From: an uncultured Gammaproteobacteria bacterium
GTDB lineage: Bacteria > Patescibacteriota > Microgenomatia > UBA8517
Assembly: GCA_964617045.1 (NCBI GenBank)
Contig: CAZTVZ010000002.1
Coordinates: 12,095 to 76,094 of the forward strand
Length of the DNA stretch: 64,000 bases
Reading direction: 5' to 3'
Below, piece by piece: positions 49,399 to 58,588 of the stretch; positions within the stretch are counted from its first letter, which is position 1, and each line of letters starts with the position of its first letter. The position numbers were made by a program, and so were the translations under genes. The notes beneath the pieces are model-generated. The model saw only the letters and a program-made list of their open reading frames with translations, was not told the origin of the DNA and ran no database searches.

Positions 49399-49652
49399 AA
49401 AACATTGCAAAACATTTACCTCACTATTTTCCTTTAATGGGAATTCTTGCGGCTGCAGTAATCGGCTTTATATATCTTCCTCAGGACAGATTTTGGCAAA
49501 TTGCAATTACCGTTGCCATGTCGGTTTCGTATGTTGTTTGGGGTATTGTTCACCACCATCTTTACAAGGATTTTAAACTAAATATTCTCATTGAATACCT
49601 GGTTGTGGCATTTCTGGGTATGATATTGGTATTCTCACTCCTCATAAAATAA
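49395..49652 (+). CDS. hypothetical small membrane protein (85 aa)
   Basis: Two hydrophobic helices; overlaps upstream stop. Confidence 0.35.
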   Translation: MKNIAKHLPHYFPLMGILAAAVIGFIYLPQDRFWQIAITVAMSVSYVVWGIVHHHLYKDFKLNILIEYLVVAFLGMILVFSLLIK

Positions 49653-49706
49653 TTCCTAAAAATTGGTCATTTTGGATGATTTTAGCCTCGAAAGAGAGTA
49701 TAATCG

Positions 49707-50213
49707 TTGGGTATGAAAGAAAAACATCAGGATTTTATCTCGCCCACAAAAGGGCCTCTTTCCAAAGAAGAGGTTATCTCCGATATTGCCAAATTTATTG
49801 AATCAGGCCCCAATGAAAAATACCATATTGTATTGGGTACCGATTCTCAAGCTCACAACGATGACGGTGAGGACCATATTAATTTCGTAACCGCCCTTAT
49901 TGTTCATAGGGAAGGGAAAGGTGCTAAATACTACTGGAGGAAACAGGTCATTAAAGAAAAACCAATATTGAGAAAAAAGATTTGGACTGAAACAACAATA
50001 TCTCTTCTGACAGCTCAAGAATTAGTTCCGGAACTAAATGAAGCAATTACGGCAGTGAAGTTTGATTTTGAGATTCATATCGATGTTGGACCTTTGGGAA
50101 AAACAAGGGAAATGATCAAAGAAGTTGTTGGAATGATTAACGGAAACGGATTTGTGGCGAAAACAAAACCGGAAAGTTGGGGTGCTTCTTCTGTTGCCGA
50201 CAAGCACACTTAA
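49707..50213 (+). CDS. DUF458/YkuK-like RNase H-fold protein
   Basis: YHIVLGTDSQ and overall about 170-aa architecture resemble YkuK family. Confidence 0.45.
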   Translation: MGMKEKHQDFISPTKGPLSKEEVISDIAKFIESGPNEKYHIVLGTDSQAHNDDGEDHINFVTALIVHREGKGAKYYWRKQVIKEKPILRKKIWTETTISLLTAQELVPELNEAITAVKFDFEIHIDVGPLGKTREMIKEVVGMINGNGFVAKTKPESWGASSVADKHT

Positions 50214-50267
50214 CAGCCAGTTGAAATTAGTTATTTGATTTGATATGTTTAAGCATACAATTATAGT

Positions 50268-50984
50268 ATGAAAGGCGTTGTCTTAGCAGGCGGTTTAGGA
50301 TCAAGGTTATACCCTTTAACTTACGCTACCAATAAACATTTACTCCCCGTTTACGATCAGCCTATGGTATATTATCCGATCCAGACATTGGTAGGTGCAG
50401 GAATTCACGAAATAATGGTTGTTACCGGTGGTCCTCATGCAGGAGATTTTATAAATGTTTTGAAAAACGGAGATAAATTTGGAGTTTCTCATTTGGAATA
50501 TGCATTCCAAGAAGGTGAAGGAGGAATTGCAGATGCGCTTAGATTGGCAAAAAGTTTTTCGGATGGTGAACCGATTTGTGTTATTTTAGGAGACAATTGT
50601 ACGGATGCCGACATATCCGAATCTGTGCAGAACTTCAAATCGGGTGCAACAATATTCTTAAAAGAAGTTCCAGATCCTCAAAGATTCGGATGTCCCGAAA
50701 TGGACGACAAGGGTAATATTATAAACATAATAGAGAAACCCAAGAATCCTCCAACAAATTATGCTGTAACCGGATTATATTTTTACGACAAGGATGTTTT
50801 TGACAAGATTGAATCAATTAAGCCTTCAGACAGAGGAGAGCTAGAAATTACGGACATAAACAATTTATATCTCAAAGAAGGAAAGCTTAATTGGAGTTTG
50901 TTGAAAGGGTACTGGCGTGATGCCGGTACATTTGCTACACTATTCGAGGCCAATAAGTATTGGGCAGATAAGAAGGAGGCGTAA
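50268..50984 (+). CDS. rfbA: glucose-1-phosphate thymidylyl/nucleotidyl-transferase (short RmlA-like)
   Basis: MKGVVLAGGLGSRLYPLTYATNKHLLPVYDQPMVYYPIQTL signature. Confidence 0.8.
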   Translation: MKGVVLAGGLGSRLYPLTYATNKHLLPVYDQPMVYYPIQTLVGAGIHEIMVVTGGPHAGDFINVLKNGDKFGVSHLEYAFQEGEGGIADALRLAKSFSDGEPICVILGDNCTDADISESVQNFKSGATIFLKEVPDPQRFGCPEMDDKGNIINIIEKPKNPPTNYAVTGLYFYDKDVFDKIESIKPSDRGELEITDINNLYLKEGKLNWSLLKGYWRDAGTFATLFEANKYWADKKEA

Positions 50985-50994
50985 GAGAAACGAA

Positions 50995-52011
50995 ATGAAT
51001 TTATTAGTATGTGGAGGTGCCGGTTTTATAGGATCGAACTTTATTAGAGTGTTTCTTGAAGAACACCCTCAGGATAAGGTTGTCAATTTGGATAAATTAA
51101 CCTATGCCGGCAATTTGGAAAACTTGAAGGATGTTGAAAACAATCCAAATTATAAATTTGTTCAAGGAGATATCACCGACCTCGAGAGATTAAATGAAGT
51201 AATCAAAGAAAACTCAATCACCCATATTATTAATTTTGCGGCAGAGACACACGTTGATAGGTCAATTCATGGTGGATGTAAAGATTTTGTCTTAACAAAC
51301 ACATTGGGAGTGCAAATGATTCTCGATGCAGCCAAATTTAACAACATCGAAAAAATGGTTAACGTATCAACAGACGAAGTATATGGCGCACTTGAACTGG
51401 ACGAAGACAGAAAATTCACTGAAAAAACTCCCATTTGGCCAAATATGCCCTATGCAGCAGCAAAAGCAGGCGGAGATTTAATGTGTAATGCCTATTGGGT
51501 AACACACAAAGTTCCTGTAATTGTCACACACTGTTCAAATAATTATGGACCTTATCAATATCCGGAAAAATTAATTCCATTCTTTATTTTTAAAGCAATG
51601 GCTGGAGAAAAGTTGCCGGTGTACGGGGACGGATTGAATGTGCGTGATTGGATTTATGTAACAGATCATGCAAAAGCCTTAATTCTTCTTTTGGAGAAAG
51701 GTGTTCCCGGTGAGGTATATAATATTGGTTCTGATAATGAAAGAAATAATTTGGAAGTAACCAAAATGATACTTAAACATCTTGGTAAGCCTGAAGATGC
51801 ATTTGAGTATGTACAAGATAGACCTGGCCACGACAGAAGATATGCAATTGACGCTTCTAAGATAATGGCTTTAGGATGGAAACCGGAATATCCTCTTGAG
51901 AAATTTGAAGAAGGGTTAAGGAAGACCATTGATTGGTATTTGGAAAACAAAGACTGGGTTGACCATTTGAGAGAAAAAGCCAAAGAAGCAAACGCCCATA
52001 TTAAAAAATAA
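50995..52011 (+). CDS. rfbB: dTDP-glucose 4,6-dehydratase
   Basis: GGAGFIGSN Rossmann, catalytic YAAAKAGGD (YxxxK), STDEVYG. ATG at 50995; ORF-track start 50917 overlaps rfbA. Confidence 0.9.
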   Translation: MNLLVCGGAGFIGSNFIRVFLEEHPQDKVVNLDKLTYAGNLENLKDVENNPNYKFVQGDITDLERLNEVIKENSITHIINFAAETHVDRSIHGGCKDFVLTNTLGVQMILDAAKFNNIEKMVNVSTDEVYGALELDEDRKFTEKTPIWPNMPYAAAKAGGDLMCNAYWVTHKVPVIVTHCSNNYGPYQYPEKLIPFFIFKAMAGEKLPVYGDGLNVRDWIYVTDHAKALILLLEKGVPGEVYNIGSDNERNNLEVTKMILKHLGKPEDAFEYVQDRPGHDRRYAIDASKIMALGWKPEYPLEKFEEGLRKTIDWYLENKDWVDHLREKAKEANAHIKK

Positions 52012-52433
52012 TGGCACCAAAATTTAATCCAATTGATGTTCAGGTTGCTGATGCTCCGAATTTCACCATGAACGTTCTCGAAATTGTAAAGAAAATTCCC
52101 GAAGGGACATCTTTTGAAGTAAAACGTTTGTATTGGTTAACAAATGTTAAAAACGAAAAGATGTCCGGGAAACATGCACACACCGATGAAGATGAAATAT
52201 TTGTAGTCTTGCAGGGCAGTGCAGAATTAACCTTGGATGACGGAACGGGGGAAGAACAGGTAATGATGAACACTGGCCAAATGATATGGGTTCCTAGGTT
52301 GATTTGGCACGGATTTACCAAACTATCCGACGATTCGATAGTGCTTGCGTTATCAAGCACTCTTTACGATCCAGATAGAAAAGGCTATGTGAACGATAAA
52401 GAACAATTTATCCAATTAGCAACGAACAAATGA
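52011..52433 (+). CDS. FdtA/QdtA-like dTDP-4-keto-6-deoxyhexose 3,4-ketoisomerase (WxcM C-terminal-like cupin)
   Basis: About 140-aa cupin. Pattern KRLYWL...GKHAHTDEDEIFVVLQGS...LDDG...VWHGF...DSIVLALSS parallels FdtA (RVYYIFD...RGFHAHKKLEQVLVCLNGS...LDDG...VWHEM...DCVMMVLAS) as recalled from memory. Confidence 0.7.
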   Translation: MAPKFNPIDVQVADAPNFTMNVLEIVKKIPEGTSFEVKRLYWLTNVKNEKMSGKHAHTDEDEIFVVLQGSAELTLDDGTGEEQVMMNTGQMIWVPRLIWHGFTKLSDDSIVLALSSTLYDPDRKGYVNDKEQFIQLATNK

Positions 52434-53344
52434 GTGAAAGACTTCTTGTAACAGGTGCATCCGGTTTGGTGGGATCGAGATTCGTAGAACTGAAATCTCC
52501 TGATTGTGAAGTGTTGCCTACGGACATTAATACTTTCGATATTACGGATCGTGCCTCAGTGGAAAAATTTATTTTGGAAAATAAACCAACAGCGATAATC
52601 CATTTTGCCGGATATACGGATGTAGAAGGGGCTGAAAAAGAAAGAGGGCAAGAATCCGGCCCTGCATGGGAAGTAAACGTTTTAGGAACCAGAAATATTG
52701 CAGAAACGGCAGCAAAAAATGGGGTGTACATGATTCATATTTCGACCGATTTTGTGTTCAAAGGATCCGAGGATGATAAAGGACCCCATTCGGAAGATAA
52801 ACCTTTACCCGCCGACAATAATGGAATCGGTTGGTATGGCTGGACCAAAAAATTAGCCGAAGACGAGGTTCGGAAAGCCCATCCCAATGCATCCATTGCC
52901 AGGATAAGTTATCCGTTTAGAGCAAATTTTGAAGGTAAAAAAGATTTTGCCAGAAGTATTCTTTCTTTGTACGAAGGGGGAACACTATATCCTCTTTTCT
53001 CCGACCAATATCTAACACCGGCATTTATCGACGATATCGCCAAAGCATTAAATATATTGGTCAATAAAAAATTGCCCGGCACATTTCATCTGGTTTGTAC
53101 GGGAGTGACAACACCATTTGAATTTGGGAATTATCTATTGGAGAAAGCAAAAGGAGTAAAAGATGCTGTAAAACCTGGTTCTCTGAAAGAATTTATGAGT
53201 GTTCCGGGAAGGACGCCAAAACCTATGTATGGGGGACTTTTAAATGAAAAAACAGAAAGTATTTTGGGAATGAAATTTTTAACGTGGAAAGAAGCAATTG
53301 ACGAGCTCGTAAGGCAAATTAACTCTTCAAAAGATCAGGCCTAA
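52430..53344 (+). CDS. RmlD-like NAD(P)H-dependent dTDP-ketosugar reductase
   Basis: VTGASGLVGS Rossmann. RmlD substrate-binding-type SDR with YGWTKKLAE (YxxxK). Confidence 0.7.
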   Translation: MSERLLVTGASGLVGSRFVELKSPDCEVLPTDINTFDITDRASVEKFILENKPTAIIHFAGYTDVEGAEKERGQESGPAWEVNVLGTRNIAETAAKNGVYMIHISTDFVFKGSEDDKGPHSEDKPLPADNNGIGWYGWTKKLAEDEVRKAHPNASIARISYPFRANFEGKKDFARSILSLYEGGTLYPLFSDQYLTPAFIDDIAKALNILVNKKLPGTFHLVCTGVTTPFEFGNYLLEKAKGVKDAVKPGSLKEFMSVPGRTPKPMYGGLLNEKTESILGMKFLTWKEAIDELVRQINSSKDQA

Positions 53345-53990
53345 CTTTCATTGTTTTTTCTCGAGATTTCTCCTTTTTCCATTTTTCAATTTCACCATGA
53401 TTACCTCCCAGTAGTATTTCGGGAACTTTCCATCCTTTAAAACTTTCCGGCCTTGTGTATTGGGGGTATTCGAGTAGCCCGTCCGAAAATGATTCGTTTA
53501 TCGTTGCTTCTTCTTTTTTGAGAACTCCCGGGATTAGTCTGGCGACAGAATCGGCAATCAGCATTGCAGGCAACTCTCCACCCGTAAGAACAAAATCACC
53601 GATAGAAATTTCCTCGTCTACCAAATGATCGTGGATTCTTTCGTCAAATCCCTCAAAATGCCCCGCAAGGATTATTAAGTGTTTCAGTTTGGAATATTCC
53701 CTGGCTTTTTCTTGGGTATATTTATTTCCTCTTGGAGTTGTTATTACAACTTTGCATCCCGGAGTTTTAATTTCTTCCAGAATTTTATAAACCGGTTCTA
53801 CCATAATTATCATTCCTGCCCCTCCACTATACGGTCGGTCATCAACCGTTCTTCTTTCCCCAAGACCGTACTTTCTCAAATCATGAATGTTAAGCTCTAG
53901 AAGACCTTTTTCCTGGGCACGTTTAACAATAGATTCACTAAAGGGCCCCTCAAACATATTTGGAAATAATGTGACAATATCTATCCTCAT
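53319..53990 (-). CDS. trmD: tRNA (guanine37-N1)-methyltransferase
   Basis: MRIDIVTLFPNMFEGPF N-terminus and SPOUT knot motifs. Confidence 0.9.
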   Translation of the reverse strand: MRIDIVTLFPNMFEGPFSESIVKRAQEKGLLELNIHDLRKYGLGERRTVDDRPYSGGAGMIIMVEPVYKILEEIKTPGCKVVITTPRGNKYTQEKAREYSKLKHLIILAGHFEGFDERIHDHLVDEEISIGDFVLTGGELPAMLIADSVARLIPGVLKKEEATINESFSDGLLEYPQYTRPESFKGWKVPEILLGGNHGEIEKWKKEKSREKTMKVRPDLLKS

Positions 53991-54020
53991 GGTTGTATTT
54001 TACCAGCCTGGAGTGATAAA

Positions 54021-55175
54021 GTGAAAACAATGAATAAAGTCGTAATAATAATGCCCACCTATAACGAGAAGGGTAATATTACAAAAATGATCGATACCCT
54101 CTTCAAAGAGGAATTCCCCAAGATATCCGAAGCTGAAATGCATCTTCTTGTAGTTGACGATAATTCTCCTGATGGAACCGGGGAAGTTGTTAAAGAAAAA
54201 ATGAAATCGCATAAAAACCTGCATCTTTTAACCGGAGAAAAACAGGGTTTGGGTTGGGCTTACATTAGAGGTATGAAACATGCAATGAAAGAATTGTCAG
54301 CCGATGCCGTAATGGAAATGGATGCGGATTTCCAGCATCCTCCGCGATTTGTCAAACCAATGGTTGAAGCTTATCTGAATGGAGCTGACTATTGTATTGG
54401 AAGCAGATATATTAAAGGTGGTTCGGTACCCAAAGAATGGGCGTTTTCCAGAAAGGCTATCTCATTTTTGGGAAATCTTTTTATAAGACTGGTTCTTCTT
54501 AAACCAGGGCTTCACGATTTGACGACAGGTTTTAGATTAACAAAAGTTGAGGGGGTACTCGATAAAATTGAACTCGATAACCTTATGGAACCGAAAAGAT
54601 TTGCTTACAAGGTTGATCTTCTTTATCAGAGTATCAAAAATTCCAAGAAAGTAGTTGAGGTTCCGCTCGAATTTGCTCCAAGACTTGAAGAGGCATCAAA
54701 GTTTAATCCCAAAGAAATGATATCTACTTTCAAAGTTGCGATTATTTTGGGGATTAAAGACAAGATGAAAATAATTAAATTCGGTACGGTTGGTTTTATT
54801 GGATTCATGGTTAATTTTATTTTAATCAGAGTTTTCAGGTCGTTTGGGTTACCGGAGATGGTTGTTTGGTTTTTGGCAACAGAGGCTGCAATAGTAAACA
54901 ATTTTGTGTTCAATAATATATGGACTTTTAAGGAAGCTCAGATATCGGGAATTGGTAAATGGTTGCAGAAGTTTTTGCAGTTCAATCTTACTTCCGCCGG
55001 AGCATTGGCAATTCAAACCGTTTTCGGATCTTTGGGGGTAAAATGGTTTGGAGCACAATATGACTGGTTAATACTCGCAGTAGTGGTTGTCTTTATGGTC
55101 CTTCCTTACAATTACACGATGTACAATCTTGTTATTTGGAAGACTTGGAAAAACCCTTTTTCTAAAAAAAAGTAA
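54021..55175 (+). CDS. GT2 polyprenyl-phosphate glycosyltransferase (Dpm1/GtrB-like) fused to GtrA-like membrane domain
   Basis: GT2 motifs (IIMPTYNE, VVDDNSPDGT, DADFQHPP). C-terminal 4-TM GtrA-like region. Confidence 0.8.
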   Translation: MKTMNKVVIIMPTYNEKGNITKMIDTLFKEEFPKISEAEMHLLVVDDNSPDGTGEVVKEKMKSHKNLHLLTGEKQGLGWAYIRGMKHAMKELSADAVMEMDADFQHPPRFVKPMVEAYLNGADYCIGSRYIKGGSVPKEWAFSRKAISFLGNLFIRLVLLKPGLHDLTTGFRLTKVEGVLDKIELDNLMEPKRFAYKVDLLYQSIKNSKKVVEVPLEFAPRLEEASKFNPKEMISTFKVAIILGIKDKMKIIKFGTVGFIGFMVNFILIRVFRSFGLPEMVVWFLATEAAIVNNFVFNNIWTFKEAQISGIGKWLQKFLQFNLTSAGALAIQTVFGSLGVKWFGAQYDWLILAVVVVFMVLPYNYTMYNLVIWKTWKNPFSKKK

Positions 55176-55219
55176 TCTGAGAGCTTTTGAGAGAACTGCC
55201 TTTGCTATAATATTCCGAA

Positions 55220-56092
55220 ATGGCCGAAAAATTGACTAACCCCGAGCAGAGGGAAAGAGACTTCAATAAAATGCTCGTTGCCGAATATTTGAAATACGGT
55301 TCTGTCGACGAAGTCTATCGAAGACACGATTACAATCTCCCCATATCTTATCCCGGATATCAGAGACTTTTGGACAGATGGGGGATAGTCAAATCAGCCG
55401 GTCCAAACAGTACTCTTTCGGAAGCTATTACTTTCATGACAATGCTTTCGGATCACAAAATGCCCCTGGAAACTGTTTACAGGAAACTACCCCCGAGCTT
55501 TAAAACATCTATGGCAACCATGCATAGAATTCTTCACAACATTAAAGAGGGTGCAACAAGAAGGTTTGGAACCGCAGTTGTTGTTACAAGAGAGGGTGAA
55601 GATGAAAAAATGCTTGTCGGAGAAGATATTTCAACTCCGAGATTGGAATACGGAAAACCTTATGGCTCAGTGTCTTTACCTATGACATTTTCAAAGATGA
55701 GTGAAACTCCCAAGGAATCGGTAAAAAGAGTATTGCAGCAGGAAGTGTTTACAAAAGAAACAATTGAAAATGTATTTCCGGAAAATATTATCCCAAACGA
55801 TATTAAACCATTTATGTATTTTGACATTGCCGACATCAATGTCGCCGTATTTCATTTGGTATTGCCTAAGAAAACGTTAGTTAAGAATTTTAGTAGTTTC
55901 AAATTGCACGACTATCGTTTTGCCGATATTTCAGAATTTATGGGAAGTGAAAGAAAAGCGCATGTCAGATCAGGTATGAGAGATATCGCAGAAGGGTACA
56001 AAAAATTTATTGAAGGCTCAACTGTAGAGGCGAAAGTATCAAATCTTAACGTGAGGTTGTCTCAATTGGCTCCGGAATACTTACATTATTAG
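55220..56092 (+). CDS. hypothetical protein (290 aa)
   Basis: ORF only. Confidence 0.4.
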   Translation: MAEKLTNPEQRERDFNKMLVAEYLKYGSVDEVYRRHDYNLPISYPGYQRLLDRWGIVKSAGPNSTLSEAITFMTMLSDHKMPLETVYRKLPPSFKTSMATMHRILHNIKEGATRRFGTAVVVTREGEDEKMLVGEDISTPRLEYGKPYGSVSLPMTFSKMSETPKESVKRVLQQEVFTKETIENVFPENIIPNDIKPFMYFDIADINVAVFHLVLPKKTLVKNFSSFKLHDYRFADISEFMGSERKAHVRSGMRDIAEGYKKFIEGSTVEAKVSNLNVRLSQLAPEYLHY

Positions 56093-56264
56093 ATTTGTTT
56101 TCAAAAATTACTCCATGTTGTTCTGCTAATTCCACAACGTTCACAGGTTTGGTTACGGTTCGAATATCCGCTTTGCAATTCTCGCATATACCTCTTGGAG
56201 GAAGGGAGATCTCTCCACATCCGTTACAAACACTACCTTCCAGGCGAAGAAGCGAATGTTTCAT
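56046..56264 (-). CDS. small zinc-ribbon protein
   Basis: CNGCGE...CENCK four-Cys ribbon. Convergent with and overlapping the previous gene's 3' end. Confidence 0.4.
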   Translation of the reverse strand: MKHSLLRLEGSVCNGCGEISLPPRGICENCKADIRTVTKPVNVVELAEQHGVIFENKSNNVSIPEPIETTSR

Positions 56265-56384
56265 TCTCCAAAATCTAGGAACTTCCATCTTAAATGAGAT
56301 TATAAGCGGTTAAATCTATCAAACACTATCAACTTGGTGTATGCACTTGTGGAAGAATAGCTTCAAATTTGCTAGACTTCAGAT

Positions 56385-57095
56385 ATGGCTAAGTACCTAA
56401 TAGATAAACTGTCGGTTTTCTTTCCCGCCTACAACGAAGAAATTAATATAAGAAGTACCGTTACAAAAGCCGTAAACGTTTTGAATAAAACCGCTAAAAC
56501 TTGGGAAATTATTATTGTTAACGACGGATCGAAAGACAAGACGGGTGAAATATCAGACTCTATGGCCAAAAAAGACAAGAGAATAAGGGTAATTCACCAC
56601 AACCCCAACAGGGGGTACGGAGCAGCCTTAAAAAGCGGTTTATATGGTTCCAGATATCCTTGGATTGTGTTTACAGACTCTGACGGACAGTTTGATTTTG
56701 CTCAACTTCCAAACTTTATTAACACACAAAAAGAAACAGGAGCAGATCTTGTAATCGGATACTATCTTGAAAGAAAAGTACCCTTCAACAGGAAACTAAA
56801 TACTTTTTTGTGGCAAACGGTTGTAAATATTCTTTTTGGACTACATGTAAAAGATATTGATTGCGGATTTAAATTAATCAGTAAAAAGGTGTTGGACAAG
56901 ATTCCAAAACTTGAATCCGAAAGAGGAGCTTTTATTTCCAGCGAGTTTTTAATAAAGGCCAAAAAGATGAAATTTAAGATTGTGGAAATTGGCGCAAAAC
57001 ATTTTCCGGCCAAAAAACCGGGTACGGGTGCCCATCTGAATGTAATAATCAAAAGCTTCATTGATCTTTTCAGATTATGGAAAAAATTAAGGTAA
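56385..57095 (+). CDS. GT2 polyprenyl-phosphate glycosyltransferase (Dpm1/ArnC-like)
   Basis: LSVFFPAYNEE, IIVNDGSKDKT, TDSDGQFD motifs. Confidence 0.85.
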   Translation: MAKYLIDKLSVFFPAYNEEINIRSTVTKAVNVLNKTAKTWEIIIVNDGSKDKTGEISDSMAKKDKRIRVIHHNPNRGYGAALKSGLYGSRYPWIVFTDSDGQFDFAQLPNFINTQKETGADLVIGYYLERKVPFNRKLNTFLWQTVVNILFGLHVKDIDCGFKLISKKVLDKIPKLESERGAFISSEFLIKAKKMKFKIVEIGAKHFPAKKPGTGAHLNVIIKSFIDLFRLWKKLR

Positions 57096-58588
57096 AGATT
57101 AGGGGTTTTTTAAAAAACAACACAAAAGAAATAATCGTCGTTGGTATTATTCTTCTTTTGGCTGCATTCTTGAGGTTATATCGTATTTCCGAATATATGC
57201 AATTTATGGGCGACGAAGGCAGGGATATGATTGTTGTCAGAAATCTCCTTGTAAACAAAGACCTTATCCTTATAGGGCCGGGCACATCGGTGGGCAATAT
57301 GTACTTGGGGCCATTATACTATTATCTTATTGCACCGGCACTTCTTCTGTTCGATTTTGAACCGGTTGGGCCGGCAATAATGGTTGCGCTATTGGGGGTT
57401 GGAACTGTGCTTTTAACATACTTACTTACCAAAAAGTGGTTTGGTATTAGAGCTGGTGTTATTGCGGCTTTTTTCAGTGCAATATCGTATCTCTTTATCA
57501 AATACTCGATATTTTCCTGGAATCCGAACGTTCTTCCTTTTTTCTCGATTCTTTCGGTGTTTCTGCTAAGTGAAATAAAAGAAAAGAAAAGTTGGCTGAT
57601 TATTCCATCGCTTGCTTCTTTTGCTTTTGTTCTGCAGTCCCATTACATGGGGATATTTTTATTTCCGGTTCTTCTGACTATATGGATTTATAAACTCAAA
57701 AACGACAAAGCTGTTAAAAGATACCTTGTAAATACTTTATTGGGGGTATTGTTGTTCTTACTCTTGATGTCACCGCTTCTTATTTTCGACCTGAGACACG
57801 GAATGATGAATTACAACGCGCTTATGGTTTATCTTAATGGGCTTGGAGGTTCCAGGACTTATTCAACGGTTACTTTATTCGATAGGGTTTTATCCAATTT
57901 TCGGTTTATGGTCGGAGAAGTTGTTGGTTCAAAGTTTGACACAATTATTACCGGCGGTTATTCGTTCCTCCTTGTGATAGGAATGATTTACCTTTCTTTC
58001 TATCACAAAAACAAATACGCAGTGTTGACGACAATAATTTGGTTTGTTATTGCGGTGTTGGGGCTAACTATCTACGGTGGAAGAATAATATCCCACTACT
58101 ATGGTTATGCCTTTGCAGTTATTCCGATAATCGTAGGTGCTGTTGTGGGCGATTTAATGAAAAGAAAATATTTGGGTATTATCTTCGCTTTTCTTCTAAT
58201 GTCCCCGGTTATTTATTTTGCTGTGATTAATTCCAATTTAAATTGGAAACCAAATCGGCTCGTACAAAAAGCCGAAGCGGTTGCGGATAAAATAATTGAG
58301 GAATCCGAAGGAAAAGAGTTAAACCTTGCGGTATTGTCCAATTTTAATTATGAAGATGGATACCAATATTTTGTTGAGAAGAAAGGATACGTTGCAAAAG
58401 ACATTGATCCTTCGAAATTCAACGAGACTGTAACGGATCAGCTGTTTGTTGTTTGTGAGCTGGAGGAAGAAAATTGCAAACCTACAAGCAATCCCAATAC
58501 TCAAATTGCCAATTTCGGCTGGAGTAAAATTGTCGGTAAATGGCAAATTGAAAACGTTATTTTATATAAATTAACCCATATACAATGA
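57077..58588 (+). CDS. GT-C fold membrane glycosyltransferase (ArnT/PMT-like), paralog 1
   Basis: About 11-13 TM. First-loop acidic motif MGDEGRD and conserved LIGPGTSVGNMYLGPLYYYL shared with paralogs 2-3. Confidence 0.65.
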   Translation: MEKIKVKIRGFLKNNTKEIIVVGIILLLAAFLRLYRISEYMQFMGDEGRDMIVVRNLLVNKDLILIGPGTSVGNMYLGPLYYYLIAPALLLFDFEPVGPAIMVALLGVGTVLLTYLLTKKWFGIRAGVIAAFFSAISYLFIKYSIFSWNPNVLPFFSILSVFLLSEIKEKKSWLIIPSLASFAFVLQSHYMGIFLFPVLLTIWIYKLKNDKAVKRYLVNTLLGVLLFLLLMSPLLIFDLRHGMMNYNALMVYLNGLGGSRTYSTVTLFDRVLSNFRFMVGEVVGSKFDTIITGGYSFLLVIGMIYLSFYHKNKYAVLTTIIWFVIAVLGLTIYGGRIISHYYGYAFAVIPIIVGAVVGDLMKRKYLGIIFAFLLMSPVIYFAVINSNLNWKPNRLVQKAEAVADKIIEESEGKELNLAVLSNFNYEDGYQYFVEKKGYVAKDIDPSKFNETVTDQLFVVCELEEENCKPTSNPNTQIANFGWSKIVGKWQIENVILYKLTHIQ

